Assembly: GCA_965219575.1 (NCBI GenBank)
Contig: OZ244779.1
Span: forward strand, 908,769 to 972,768
Source: Candidatus Oxydemutatoraceae bacterium
GTDB taxonomy: Bacteria; Pseudomonadota; Gammaproteobacteria; Poriferisulfidales; Oxydemutatoraceae
Direction: 5' to 3'
Length of the DNA stretch: 64,000 bases
The translations under genes were made by a program, and so were the position numbers. The notes below the pieces were generated by a model. That model searched no databases. It was not told where the DNA came from and saw only the letters and a list, made by a program, of their open reading frames with translations. How positions within the stretch are numbered: the first letter of the stretch is position 1; every line of letters starts with the position of its first letter. This document shows positions 1 through 15,000 of this stretch, piece after piece.

Positions 1-3000
1 CAAGTGTGCGCATGATTCCGTTGCCACTGGCATTGACCGTTGCGATCTGCGTATCGCTGGATTCAACTGCTACCGTTAGGGTATCGTCGGCATTGGCATC
101 GCCAAGCATCACATTTATCGAAGTATTCATACCTTCCAGCAGTTTGAGCGGTTGCTCGGGAATACCGCTCAGCGTCGGTGGTGCGTTGACACGCACCGAC
201 AAGGAGGCACTGTCGCTTAGCCCGTTGCTGTCCTTCGCAATGAAAGTCACCGTTGCCACACCCTCTTGCTCGGCATCCAGCACGAAGCGTATACGCGTAT
301 CGGTCGTTATATCGGCAACATGTATCGGCACCACCGACACGATGGTTCGGCTCGACGACATTGCCGTCAATGTGACGCGATCACCGTCGCCGTAATTACT
401 ATCTGCGACCAAGACGACGATATGCGTCGTACTATCGAGCGGTAGCGTCTGTGGAGTTGAGGGTGTCAATGTAATCATCGGTGCGATGTTCGCTTGCACC
501 TGTACCGCAAATTGTGCCGAGACCTGCGAGTTTGCTACACCTCTGCCGTCGTTCACCGACACCGTAATCGTCGTATTGCCGGCACCGGCACCGACAATTT
601 CAAGCGTGCGCATGATTCCGTTGCCACTGGCATTGACCGTTGCAATTTGCGTATCGCTGGATTCAACTGCTATCGTCAGGGTATCGTCGGCATTGGCATC
701 GCCCAGCGTCACATCTATCGAAGTATTCATACCTTCCAGTAGTCTGAGCGGTTGCTCGGGAATACCGCTGAGCGTCGGTGGTGCATTGGCACGCACCGAC
801 AAAGCCACACTGTGGCTTAGTCCGTTGTTGTCGGTTGCAGTAAAGGTAATCGTTGCCACACCACCTTGCAGTGCACTTAGCGTAAAGGTATTAGCCGTAT
901 CATCGGTTATATCGGTAATCGTCGTCGGCGATGTCACCGACACAATGGTTCGGTTCGATGACACGGCCGTCAATGTAACAACATCGTTCAAATTGAAATT
1001 ACTATCCGCGACCGAGACGACAATATTAACCGTGCTATTGAGCGGTAGCGTTTGCGCTGTTGCAGGTGTTAGTGTAATCGTCGGTGCGATGTTCGCTTCT
1101 ACCTGCACCGCAAATTGTGCCGAGACCTGCGAGTTTGTCGCATCTCTGCCGTCGTTGACCGTCACCGTAATCGTCGTATTGCCGGCACCGACGCCGACAA
1201 TCTCAAGCGTGCGCATGGTTCCGTTGCCACTGGCATTGACCGTTGCAATCTGCATGTCACTGGATTCAACTGCTATCGTTAGGGTATCGTCGGCATTGGC
1301 ATCGCCAAGCATCACATTTATCGAAGTATTCATACCCTCCAGTAGTCTGAGCGGTTGCTCGGGAACACCTTGCAGCGTCGGCGGTGCATTGGCACGCACC
1401 GACAAGTCGGCACTGTGGCTTAGTCCGTTGTTGTCCTCTGCGGTAAAGGTAATCGTTGCCACACCACTTTGCAGTGCATTTAGCGTAAAGGTGTTAGCCG
1501 TATCATCGGTTATATCGGTAATCGTCGTCGGCGATGTCACCGACACAATCGTTTCATTCGATGACATTGCCGTCAATGTAACACGATCACCGTTAACATA
1601 ATTACTATCCGCGACCGAGACGACGATATGCGCCGTGCTGTTGAGCGGTAATGTTTGCATTGTTGCAGGTGTCAGCGTAATCGTCGGTGCGATGTTCGCT
1701 TCTACCTGCACCGCAAATTGTGCCGAGACCTGCGAGTTTGCTACACCTCTGCCGTCGTTGACCGTCACCGTAATCGTCGTATTGCCGGCACCGATGCCGA
1801 CAATCTCAAGCGTGCGCATGGTTCCGTCGCCACTGGCATTGACCGTTGCAATCTGCGTATCGCTGGATTCAACTGCTATCGTCAGGGTATCGTCGGCATT
1901 GGCATCGGCTAGCGTCAATCTCAATTCGGTATTCATACCTTCCAATAGACTAACCGGTTGCTCGGGAATACCGCTCAGCGTCGGTGGTGCATTGGCACGC
2001 ACCGACAAAGCCGCACTGTGGCTTAGTCCGTTGTTGTCTTCTGCGGTAAAGGTAATCGTTGCCACACCACTTTGCAGTGCATTTAGCGTAAAGGTGTTAG
2101 CCGTATCATCGGTTATATCGGTAATCGTCGTCGGCGATGTCACCGACACAATCGTTTCATTCGATGACATTGCCGTCAATGTGACACTATCACCTCTACT
2201 ATAGTTATTATCTGCGACCGAGACGACGATATGCGTTGTGCTATTGAGCGGTAGCGTCTGCGCGGTGGAAGGTGTCAGTGTAATCGTCGGGTCGGTGTTT
2301 GCTTCTACCTGCACCGCAAATTGTGCCGAGACCTGCGAGTTTGCTACACCTCTGCCATCGTTCACCGTCACCGTAATCGTCGTATTGCCGGCACCGACCC
2401 CGACAATCTCAAGCGTGCGCATGGTTCCGTTGCCACTGGCATTGACCGTTGCAATCTGCGTATCGCTGGATTCAACTGCTATCGTCAGGGTATCGTCGGC
2501 ATTGGCATCGGCTAGCGTCAATCTCAATTCGGTATTCATACCTTCCAATAGACTAACCGGTTGCTCGGGAATACCGCTCAGCGTCGGTGGTGCATTGGCA
2601 CGCACCGACAAAGCCGCACTGTGGCTCAGCCCGTTGTTGTCGGTTGCGGTAAAGGTAATCGTTGCCACACCACCTTGTTCGGCATCCAGCACGAAGCGTA
2701 TACGCGTATCGGTCGTTATATCGGTAACTTGCATCGGCATCACCGACACAATGGTTCGGTTCGATGACACGGCCGTCAATGTAACAACATCGTTCAAATT
2801 GAAATTACTATCCGCGACCGAGACGACGATATTAGCCGTGCTATTGAGCGGTAATGTTTGCATTGTTGACGGTGTCAATGTAATCATCGGTGCGATGTTC
2901 GCTTCTACCTGCACCGCAAATTGTGCCGAGACCTGCGAGTTTGCTACACCTCTGCCGTCGTTGACCGTCACCGTAATCGTCGTATTGCCGGCACCGACCC

Positions 3001-6000
3001 CGACAATCTCAAGCGTGCGCATGGTTCCGTTGCTACTGGCATTGACCGTTGCAATCTGCATGTCACTGGATTCAACCGCTATCGTTGGTATATCGTCGGC
3101 ATTGGCATCGGCTATCGCCAATCTCAATTCGGTATTCATACCTTCCAATAGACTAACCGGTTGCTCGGGAATACCGCTCAGCGTCGGTGGTGCATTGGCA
3201 CGCACCGACAAAGCCGCACTGTGGCTCAGCCCGTTGTTGTCCTCTGCGGTAAAGGTAATCGTTGCCACACCACCTTGTTCGGCATCCAGCACGAAGCGTA
3301 TACGCGTATCGGTCGTTATATCGTCAACTTGCATCGGCACCACCGACACAATGGTTCGGCTCGACGACATGGCCGTCAATGTAACAACATCGTTCAAATT
3401 GAAATTACTATCCGCGACCGAGACGACGATATTAGCCGTGCTATTGAGCGGTAGCGTCCGTGCGGTTGAGGGTGTCAATGTAATCGTCGGTGCGATGTTC
3501 GCTTGCACCTGTACCGCAAATCGTGCCGAGACTTGTGAGTTTGCTACACCTCTGCCGTCGTTGACTGTCACCGTAATCGTCGTATTGCCGGCACCGACCC
3601 CGACAATCTCAAGCATGCGCACGGCTCCGCTACCACTGGCATTGACCGTTGCGATCTGCGTATCATTGGATTCAACCGCTATCGTCGGTATATCGTCGGC
3701 ATTGGCATCGCCCAGCGTCACATTTATCGAAGTATTCATACCTTCCAGTAGTCTGAGCGGTTGCTCGGGAATACCGCTGAGTGTCGGCGGTGCGTTGACA
3801 CGCACCGACAAAACCGCACTGTGGCTTAGCCCGTTGCTATCCTGTGCGGTAAAGGTAATCGTTGCCACACCACCTTGCAGTGCATTTAGCGTAAAGGTAT
3901 TAGCCGTATCATCGATTATGTCGGTAATCGTCGTCGGCGATGTCACCGACACAATCGTTTCATTCGACGATATTGCCGTCAATGTGACGCAATCACCGTC
4001 GCCGTAATTACTATCTGCGACCAAGACGACGATATGCGCTGTACTATCGAGCGGTAGTGTCTGCATTGTTGACGGTGTCAATGTAATCATCGGCGCGATG
4101 TTCGCTTCCACTTGCACCGCAAATTGTGCCGAGACCTGCGAGTTCGCTACACCTCTGCCGTCGTTGACCGTCACTGTAATCGTCGTATTGCCGGCACCAA
4201 TGCCGACAATCTCAAGCGTGCGGATGGCTCCACTGCCACTGGCATTGACCATTGCAATCTGCGTGTCATTGGACTCAACTGCTATCGTCAGTATATCGTC
4301 GGCATTGGCATCGCCTAGTGTCACATTTATCGAAGTATTCATACCTTCCAGTAGTCTGAGCGGTTGCTCGGGAATACCGCTGAGCGTCGGTGGTGCATTG
4401 GCACGCACCGACAGGGCGGCACTGTGGCTTAGCCCGTTGCTGTCTTCTGCGGTAAAGGTAATCGTTGCCACACCACCTTGCTTGGCATCCAGCACGAAGT
4501 GCATACTCGTGTCGGTCGTTATATCGGCAACTTGTATAGGCACCACCGACACGATGGTTCGGCTCGACGACATTGCCGTCAATATAACAACATCGTTCAA
4601 ATTGAAGTTGCTGTCCGCAACCGAAACGACGATATTAGCCGTGCTATCGAGCGGTAATGTTTGCGCTGTTGCAGGTGTCAATGTAATCGTCGGTGCGATG
4701 TTCGCTTGCACCTGTACCGCAAATTGTGCCGAGACCTGCGAGTTCGCTACACCTCTGCCGTCGTTCACCGCCACCGTAATCGTTGTATTGCCGGCACCGA
4801 CACCGACAATCTCAAGCGTGCGCACGGCACCGGTGCCACTGGCATTGACCGTTGCAACCTGCGTGTCATTGGACTCAACTGCTATCGTCAAGGTATCGTC
4901 GGCATTGGCATCGGCTATCGTCAATTCCAATTCGGTATTCATACCTTCCAATAGCCTGACCGGTTGCTCGGGAATATCGTTCAGCGCCGGTGATGCGTTG
5001 ACACGCACCGACAAAGCCGCACTGTGGCTTAGCCCGTTGTTGTCCGCTGCGGTAAAGGTAATCATTGCCACACCACCTTGTTCGGCATCCAGCACGAAGC
5101 GTATACTCGTATCGGTCGTTATATCGGCAACTCGCATCGGTATCACCGACACAGTGGTTCGGCTCGACGACATGGCCGTCAGTGTGACGCGATCACTGTT
5201 AACATAATTACTATCCGCGACCGAGACAACGATATGCGCCGTGCTATTGAGCGGTAGCGTTTGCGCTGTTGCAGGTGTTAGTGTAATCATCGGCGCGATG
5301 TTCGCTTGCACCTGCACTGCAAATTGTGCCGAGACCTGCGAGTTCGCTACACCTCTGCCGTCGTTGACCGTCACCGTAATCGTCGTATTGCCGGCACCGA
5401 TGCCGACAATCTCAAGTGTGCGCATGATTCCGTTGCCACTGGCATTGACCGTTGCGATCTGCGTATCGCTGGATTCAACTGCTACCGTTAGGGTATCGTC
5501 GGCATTGGCATCGCCAAGCATCACATTTATCGAAGTATTCATACCTTCCAGTAGTCTGAGCGGTTGCTGGGGAATACCCTGCAGCGTCGGCGGTGCATTG
5601 GCACGCACCGACAAGTCGACACTGTGGCTTAGCCCGTTGCTGTCCTGTGCGGTAAAGGTAATCGTTGCCACACCATCTTGCTTGGCATCCAGCACGAAGC
5701 GCATACTCCTATCGGTCGTTATATTGTCAACTTGTATCGGCACCACCGACACGATGGTTCGGCTCGACGACATTGCCGTCAATGTGATATTGTCATTATC
5801 GCCATAATTACTATCGACTACCGAGACGACGATATGCGCCGTGCTGTTGAGCGGTAATGTTTGCGCTGTTGCAGGTGTCAATGTAATCATCGGTGCAATG
5901 TTCGCTTGCACCTGCACCGCAAATTGTGCCGAGACCTGCGAGTTTGCTACACCTCTGCCGTCGTTGACCGTCACCGTAATTGTCGTATTGCCGGCACCGA

Positions 6001-9000
6001 CACCGACAATCTCAAGCGTGCGCATGGTTCCGTTGCCACTGGCATTGACCGTTGCAATCTGCGTATCGCTGGATTCAACTGCTATCGTCAGGGTATCGTC
6101 GGCATTGGCATCGGCTAGCGTCACATTTATCGAAGTATTCATACCTTCCAGTAGTCTGAGCGGTTGCTCGGGAATACTGCTGAGCGTCGGTGGTGCATTG
6201 GCACGCACCGACAAGTCGGCACTGTGGCTTAGCCCGTTGTTGTCCTCTGCGGTAAAGGTAATCGTTGCCACACCACCTTGCAGTGCATTTAGCGTAAAGG
6301 TATTAGCCGTATCATCGGTTATATCGGTAATCGTCGTCGGCGATGTCACCGACACAATCGTTTCATTCGATGACATTGCCGTCAATGTGATATTGTCATT
6401 ATCGCCATAATTACTATCGACTACCGAGACGACGATATGCGCCGTGCTATTGAGCGGTAGCGTTTGCATTGTTGCAGGTGTCAATGTAATCATCGGTGCG
6501 ATGTTCGCTTGCACCTGCACCGCAAATTGTGCCGAGACCTGCGAGTTCGCTACACCTCTGCCGTCGTTCACCGACACTGTAATCGTCGTATTGCCGGCAC
6601 CGACACCGACAATCTCAAGCGTGCGGGTAGCTCCGCTGCCACTGGCATTGACCGTTGCAATCAATGTATCATTGGATTCAACTGCTATCGTCAGGGTATC
6701 GTCGGCATTGGCATCGCCCAGCGTCACATTTATCGAAGTATTCATACCTTCCAGTAGTCTGAGCGGTTGCTCAGGAATACCCTGCAGCGTCGGTGGTGCA
6801 TTGGCACGCACCGACAGGGCGGCACTATAGCTTAGCCCGTTGCTGTCCTGTGCGGTAAAGATAATCGTTGCCACACCACCTTGTTCGGCATCCAGCACGA
6901 AGCGTATACTCGTATCGGTCGTTATATCGGCAACTCGCATCGGTATCACCGACACAGTGGTTCGGCTTGACGACATTGCCGTCAATGTAACAACATCGTT
7001 CAAATTGAAATTACCATCCGCGACCGAGACGATGATATGCGCCGTGCTGTTGAGCGGTAGCGTCTGTGCGGTTGCAGGTGTCAATGTAATCATCGGTGCG
7101 ATGTTCGCTTGCACCTGTATCGCAAATCGTGCCGAGACCTGCGAGTTTGTTGCACCTCTGCCGTCGTTGACCGTCACCGTAATCATCGTATTACCGGCAC
7201 CGATACCGACAATTTCAAGCGTGCGCACGGCACCAGTGGTTGCGATAATCGTTGCGCTTGCAATCCTGCTGTCGTCGATGTCGACGCTTATATCAAGGGT
7301 ATCGTCGGCATTGGCATCGGCTATCGTCAATTCCAATTCGGTATTCATACCCTCCAACAGACTAACCGGTTGCTCGGGAATATCGCTCAGCGTCGGCGGT
7401 GCGTTGACACGCACCGACAGGTCGGCACTGTGGCTTAGCCCGTTGTTGTCCTCTGCGGTAAAGGTAATCGTTGCCACACCACCTTGTTCGGCATCCAGCA
7501 CGAAGCGTATACTCGTATCGGTCATTATATCGTCAACTTGTATCGGCATCACCGACACAATGGTTCGGTTCGATGACACGGCCGTCAATGTAACAACATC
7601 GTTCAAATTGAAATTACTATCCGCGACCGAGACGACGATATGCGCCGTGCTATTGAGCGGTAGCGTCTGCATTGTTGCAGGTGTCAATGTAATCATCGGT
7701 GCGATGTTCGCTTGCACCCGTACCGCAAATTGTGCCGAAACCTGCGAGTTCGCTACACCTCTGCCGTCGTTGACCGTCACCGTAATCGTCGTATTGCCGG
7801 CACCGACCCCGACAATCTCAAGCGTGCGCATGGTTCCGTCGCCACTGGCATTGACCGTTGCAATCTGCGTGTCACTGGACTCAACCGCTATCGTCAGGGT
7901 ATCGTCAGCATTGGCATCGGCTAGTGTCACATCTATCGAAGTATTCATACCTTCCAATAGTTTGAGCGGTTGCTCGGGAATATCGCTCAGCGTCGGCGGT
8001 GCATTGGCACGCACCGACAGGGCCACACTGTGGCTTAGCCCGTTGCTGTCTTCTGCGGTAAAGGTAATCGTTGCCACACCACCTTGCAGTGCATTTAGCG
8101 TAAAGGTGTTAGCCGTATCATCGGTTATATCGGTAATCGTCGTCGGCGATGTCACCGACACAATCGTTTCATTCGACGATATTGCCGTCAATGTGATGTT
8201 GTCATTATCGCCATAGTTACTATCGACTACCGAGACGACGATATTAGCCGTGCTATTGAGCGGTAATGTTTGCATTGTTGCAGGTGTCAATGTAATCATC
8301 GGTGCGATGTTCGCTTGCACCTGCACCGCAAATTGTGCCGAAACCTGCGAGTTCGCTACACCTCTGCCGTCGTTCACCGTCACCGTAATAGTCGTATTGC
8401 CGGCACCGACACCGACAATCTCAAGCGTGCGCACGGCACTGGTGCCACTGGCATTGGCCGTTGCAACCTGCGTATTATTGGATTCAACCACTATCGTCAA
8501 TGTATCGTCGGCATTGGCATCGGCTAGCGTCACATTTATCGAAGTATTCATACCTTCCAGTAGTCTGAGCGGTTGTTCGGGAATACCGCTCAGCGTCGGC
8601 GGTGCATTGGCACGCACCGACAGGGCCACACTGTGGCTTAGCCCGTTGCTGTCTTCTGCGGTAAAGGTAATCGTTGCCACACCACCTTGCAGTGCATTTA
8701 GCGTAAAGGTGTTAGCCGTATCATCGGTTATATCGGTAATCGTCGTCGGCGATGTCACCGACACAATCGTTTCATTCGACGATATTGCCGTCAATGTGAT
8801 GTTGTCATTATCGCCATAGTTACTATCTGCGACCGAAACGACAATACCAGTCGTACTATTGATCGCTAGCGTCTGCGCTGTTGTGGGTGTCAATGTAATC
8901 ATCGGTGCGATGTTCGCTTGCACCTGCACCGCAAATTGTGCCGAGACCTGCGAGTTTGCTACACCTCTGCCGTCGTTGACCGTCACCGTAATCGTCGTAT

Positions 9001-12000
9001 TGCCGGCACCGACACCGACAATCTCAAGCGTGCGCACGGCACCAGTGCCACTGGCATTGGCCGTTGCAACCTGCGTATTATTGGATTCAACCACTATCGT
9101 CAATGTATCGTCGGCATTGGCATCGGCTATCGTCAATTCCAATTCGGTATTCATACCTTCCAATAGACTAACCGGTTGTTCGGGAATACCGCTCAGCGTC
9201 GGCGGTGCATTGGCACGCACCGACAGGGCGGCACTGTGGCTTAGCCCGTTGCTGTCTTCTGCGGTAAAGGTAATCGTTGCCACACCACCTTGCAGTGCAT
9301 TTAGCGTAAAGGTGTTAGCCGTATCATCGGTTATATCGGTAATCGTCGTCGGCGATGTCACCGACACAATCGTTTCATTCGACGATATTGCCGTCAATAT
9401 AACAACATCGTTCAAATTGAAATTACTATCTGCGACCGAAACGACGACATGCGCCGTGCTATTGAGCGGTAATGTTTGCGCTGTTGCAGGTATCAATGTA
9501 ATCGTCGGTGCGATGTTCGCTTCTACTTGCACCGCAAATTGTGTCGAGACCTGCGAGTTTGCTACACCTCTGCCGTCGTTGACCGTCACCGTAATCGTCG
9601 TATTGCCGGCACCGACCCCGACAATCTCAAGCGTGCGCATGGTTCCGTTGCCACTGGCATTGACCGTTGCAATCTGCATGTCACTGGACTCAACCGCTAT
9701 CGTTAGAGTATCGTCGGCATTGGCATCGGCTATCGTCAATTCCAATTCAGTATTCATACCCTCCAATAGACTAACCGGTTGCTCGGGAATACCGCTGAGT
9801 GTCGGTGGTGCATTGGCACGCACCGACAAAGCCGCACTATGGCTTAGTCCGTTGTTGTCTTCTGCGGTAAAGATAATCGTTGCCACACCATCTTGTTCGG
9901 CATCCAGCACGAAGCGTATACTCGTATCGGTCGTTATATCGTCAACTTGCATCGGCACCACCGACACAATGGTTCGGCTCGACGACATGGCCGTCAATAT
10001 AACAACATCGTTCAAATTGAAATTACCATCTGCGACCGAGACGACGATATTAGCCGTGCTATTGAGTGGTAGCGTCTGTGCGGTTGAGGGTGTCAGTGTA
10101 ATCGCCGGGTCGGTGTTCGCTTCCACCTGCACCGCAAATTGTGCCGAGACCTGCGAGTTTGCTACACCTCTGCCGTCGTTGACCGACACCGTAATCGTCG
10201 TATTGCCGGCACCGACACCGACAATCTCAAGCGTGCGCATGGTTCCGTTGCTACTGGCATTGACCGTTGCAATCTGCGTATCGCTGGATTCAACTGCTAT
10301 CGTCAGGGTATCGTCGGCATTGGCATCGCCCAGCGTCACATTTATCGAAGTATTCATACCTTCCAGTAGTCTGAGCGGTTGCTCGGGAATACCCTGCAGC
10401 GTCGGCGGTGCATTGGCACGCACCGACAGGGCGGCACTGTGGCTTAGCCTTCTGCTGTCCTCTGCGGTAAAGGTAATCGTTGCCACACCACCTTGTTCGG
10501 CACTTAACACAAAGCGTATACTCGTATCGGTCGTTATATCGGTAACTTGCATCGGCACCACCGACACAATGGTTCGGCTCGACGACACGGCCGTCAATGT
10601 GACACTATCACCTCTACTATAGTTATTATCTGCGACCGAGACGACGATATGCGTTGTGCTATTGAGCAGTAGCGTCTGCGCGGTGGAAGGTGTCAGTGTA
10701 ATCGTCGGGTCGGTGTTTGCTTCTACCTGCACCGCAAATTGTGCCGAGACCTGCGAGTTTGCTACACCTCTGCCGTCGTTCACCGTCACCGTAATCGTCG
10801 TATTGCCGGCACCGACCCCGACAATCTCAAGCGTGCGCATGGTTCCGTTGCCACTGGCATTGACCGTTGCAATCTGCGTATCGCTGGATTCAATTGCTAT
10901 CGTCAGGGTATCGTCGGCATTGGCATCGGCTAGCGTCAATCTCAATTCGGTATTCATACCTTCCAATAGACTAACCGGTTGCTCGGGAATACCCTGCAGC
11001 GTCGGTGGTGCATTGGCACGCACCGACAGGTCAGCACTGTGGCTTAGCCTTCTGCTGTCGGTTGCGGTGAAGGTAATTGTTGCCACACCACCTTGTTCGG
11101 CATCCAGCACAAAGCGCATACTCGTATCGGTCGTTATATCGGTAACTTGCATCGGCATCACCGACACAATAGTTCGGCTTGACGACATGGCCGTCAATGT
11201 AACAACATCGTTCAAATTGAAATTACCATCTGCGACCGAGACGACGATATGCGTTGTGCTATTGAGCGGTAGCGTCTGCGCGGTGGAGGGTGTCAGTGTA
11301 ATCGTCGGGTCGGTGTTTGCTTCTACCTGCACCGCAAATTGTGCCGAGACCTGCGAGTTCGCTACACCTCTGCCGTCGTTGACCGTCACCGTAATCGTCG
11401 TATTGCCGGCACCGACCCCGACAATCTCAAGCGTGCGCATGGTTCCGTTGTCACTGGCATTGACCGTTGCAATCTGCATGTCACTGGACTCAACCGCTAT
11501 CGTTAGAGTATCGTCGGCATTGGCATCGGCTATCGTCAATTCCAATTCGGTATTCATACTTTCCAGTAGTCTGAGCGGTTGCTGGGGAATACCGCTGAGC
11601 GTCGGCGGTGCATTGGCACGCACCGACAAGTCGACACTGTGGCTTAGCCCGTTGCTGTCGTCTGCGGTAAAGGTAATCGTTGCCACACCACTTTGCAGTG
11701 CATTTAGCGTAAAGGTGTTAGCCGTATCGGTCGTTATATCGGCAACTTGCACCGGCATCACCGACACAATAGTTCGGCTTGACGACATGGCCGTCAATGT
11801 AACAACATCGTTCAAATTGAAATTACCATCTGCGACCGAGACGACGATATGCGTTGTGCTATTGAGCGGTAGCGTCTGCGCGGTGGAGGGTGTCAGCGTA
11901 ATCGTCGGGTCGGTGTTTGCTTCTACCTGCACCGCAAATTGTGCCGAGACCTGCGAGTTTGCTACACCTCTGCCGTCGTTGACCGTCACCGTAATCGTCG

Positions 12001-15000
12001 TATTGCCGGCACCGACACCGACAATCTCAAGCGTGCGAATGATTCCGTTGCCACTGGCATTGACCGTTGCAATCTGCGTATCGCTGGATTCAACTGCTAT
12101 CGTCAGGGTATCGTCGGCATTGGCATCGCCCAGCGTCACATTTATCGAAGTATTCATACCTTCCAGTAGTCTGAGCGGTTGCTCGGGAATACCGCTCAGC
12201 GTCGGTGGTGCGTTGACACGCACCGACAGGTCGGCACTGTGGCTTAGCCTTCTGCTGTCGGTTGCGGTGAAGGTAATCGTTGCCACACCACCTTGTTCGG
12301 CACTTAACACGAAGCGTATACTCGTATCGGTCGTTATATCGTCAACTTGCATCGGCACCACCGACACAATGGTTCGGCTCGACGATATTGCCGTCAATAT
12401 AACAACATCGTTCAAATTGAAATTGCTGTCCGCGACCGAGACGACGATATGCGCCGTGCTATTGAGCGGTAGCGTCTGCGCGGTGGAAGGTGTCAATATA
12501 ATCGTCGGGTCGGTGTTTGCTTCCACCTGTACCGCAAATTGTGCCGAAACCTGCGAGTTCGCTACACCTCTGCCGTCGTTCACCGCCACCGTAATCGTTG
12601 TATTGCCGGCACCGACACCGACAATCTCAAGCGTGCGCACGGCTCCGCTGCCACTGGCATTGACCGTTGCAATCTGCGTGTCATTGGATTCAACCGCTAT
12701 CGTCAGGGTATCGTCGGCATTGGCATCGCCTAGTGTCACATCTATCGAAATATTCATACCTTCCAACAGCTTGAGCGGTTGCTCGGGAATACCGTTCAGC
12801 GTCGGTGGTGCGTTGACACGCGCCGACAAAGCCGCACTGTGGCTTAGCCCGTTGCTGTCCTGTGCGGTAAAGGTAATCGTTGCCACACCACCTTGCTCGG
12901 CATCCAACACGAAGCGTATACTCGTATCGGTCGTTATATCGTCAACTTGTATCGGTATTACCGACACGATGGTTCGGCTCAATGACATTGCCGTCAATGT
13001 AACAACATCGTTCAAATTGAAATTGCTGTCCGCAACCGAAACGACAATACCAGTCGTACTATTGATCGCTAGCGTCTGCGCTGTTGTGGGTGTCAATATA
13101 ATCGTCGGTGGGGTGTTTGCTTGCACCTGCACCGCAAATTGTGCCGAGACCTGCGAGTTTGCTACACCTCTGCCGTCGTTCACCGTCACCGTAATCGTCG
13201 TATTGCCGCCCCCGCCCCCGACAATCTCAAGCGTGCGGATGGCTCCACTGCCACTGGCATTGACCATTGCAATCTGCGTGTCATTGGACTCAACTGCTAT
13301 CGTCAGTATATCGTCGACATTGGCATCGGCTATCGTCAATTCCAATTCGGTATTCATACCTTCCAACAACCTGAGCGGTTGCTCGGGAGTACCGCTCAGC
13401 GTCGGTGGTGCATTGACACGCACCGACAAAGCCGCACTGTGGCTTAGCCCGTTGCTGTCCTCTGCGGTAAAGGTGATCGTTGCCACACCACTTCGCTCGG
13501 CATTCAGCACAAAGCGTATACTTGTATCGGTCGTTATATCGGCAACTTGCATCGGCACCACCGATACAATGGTTCGGCTCGACGATATTGCCGTCAATGT
13601 GACGCGATCACCGTCGCCGTAATTACTATCCGCGACCAAGACGACGATATTAGCCGTGCTATTGAGCGGTAGCGTCTGTACGGTTGAGGGTGTCAATGTA
13701 ATCGTCGGTGCGATGTTCGCTTCTACCTGCACCGCAAATTGTGCCGAGACCTGCGAGTTCGCTATACCTCTGCCGTCGTTCACCGTCACCGTAATAGTTG
13801 TATTGCCGGCACCGACCCCGACAATTTCAAGCGTGCGAATGTCACCGATAGTTGCAATAATCGTTGCGCTTGCAATCATGCCGTCGTCGATGTCGACGCT
13901 TATATCAAGAGTATCGTCGGCATTGGCATCGGCTAGCGTCAATCTCAATTCGGTATTCATACCTTCCAGTAGTCTGAGCGGTTGCTCGGGAATACCGCTG
14001 AGCGTCGGTGATGCATTGACACGCACCGACAAAGCCGCACTGTGGCTTAGCCCGTTGCTGTCCTCTGCGGTAAAGGTGATCGTTGCCACACCACTTCGCT
14101 CGGCATTCAGCACAAAGCGTATACTTGTATCGGTCGTTATATCGGCAACTTGCATCGGCACCACCGATACAATGGTTCGGCTCGACGATATTGCCGTCAA
14201 TGTGACGCGATCACCGTCGCCGTAATTACTATCCGCGACCAAGACGACGATATTAGCCGTGCTATTGAGCGGTAGCGTCTGTACGGTTGAGGGTGTCAAT
14301 GTAATCGTCGGTGCGATGTTCGCTTCTACCTGCACCGCAAATTGTGCCGAGACCTGCGAGTTCGCTATACCTCTGCCGTCGTTCACCGTCACCGTAATAG
14401 TTGTATTGCCGGCACCGACCCCGACAATTTCAAGCGTGCGAATGTCACCGATAGTTGCAATAATCGTTGCGCTTGCAATCATGCCGTCGTCGATGTCGAC
14501 GCTTATATCAAGAGTATCGTCGGCATTGGCATCGGCTAGCGTCAATCTCAATTCGGTATTCATACCTTCCAATAGACTAACCGGTTGCTCGGGAATACCG
14601 CTCAGCGTCGGTGGTGCATTGGCACGCACCGACAAAGCCGCACTGTGGCTTAGTCCGTTGTTGTCTTCTGCGGTAAAGGTAATCGTTGCCACACCACTTT
14701 GCTCGGCATTCAGCACGAAACGTATACTCGTATCGGTCGTTATATCGGCAACTTGCATCGGTATCACCGATATCACCGATGGGTTTGACGACATTGCCGT
14801 CAATGTAACAACATCGTTCAAATTGAAATTACCATCTGCGACCGAGACGACGATATTAGCCGTGCTATTGAGCGGTAATGTTTGCGCTGTTACGGGTGTC
14901 AATGTAATCGTCGGTGCGATGTTCGCTTGCACCTGCACCGCAAATTGTGCCGAGACCTGCGAGTTTGCTACACCTCTGCCGTCGTTCACCGTCACCGTAA

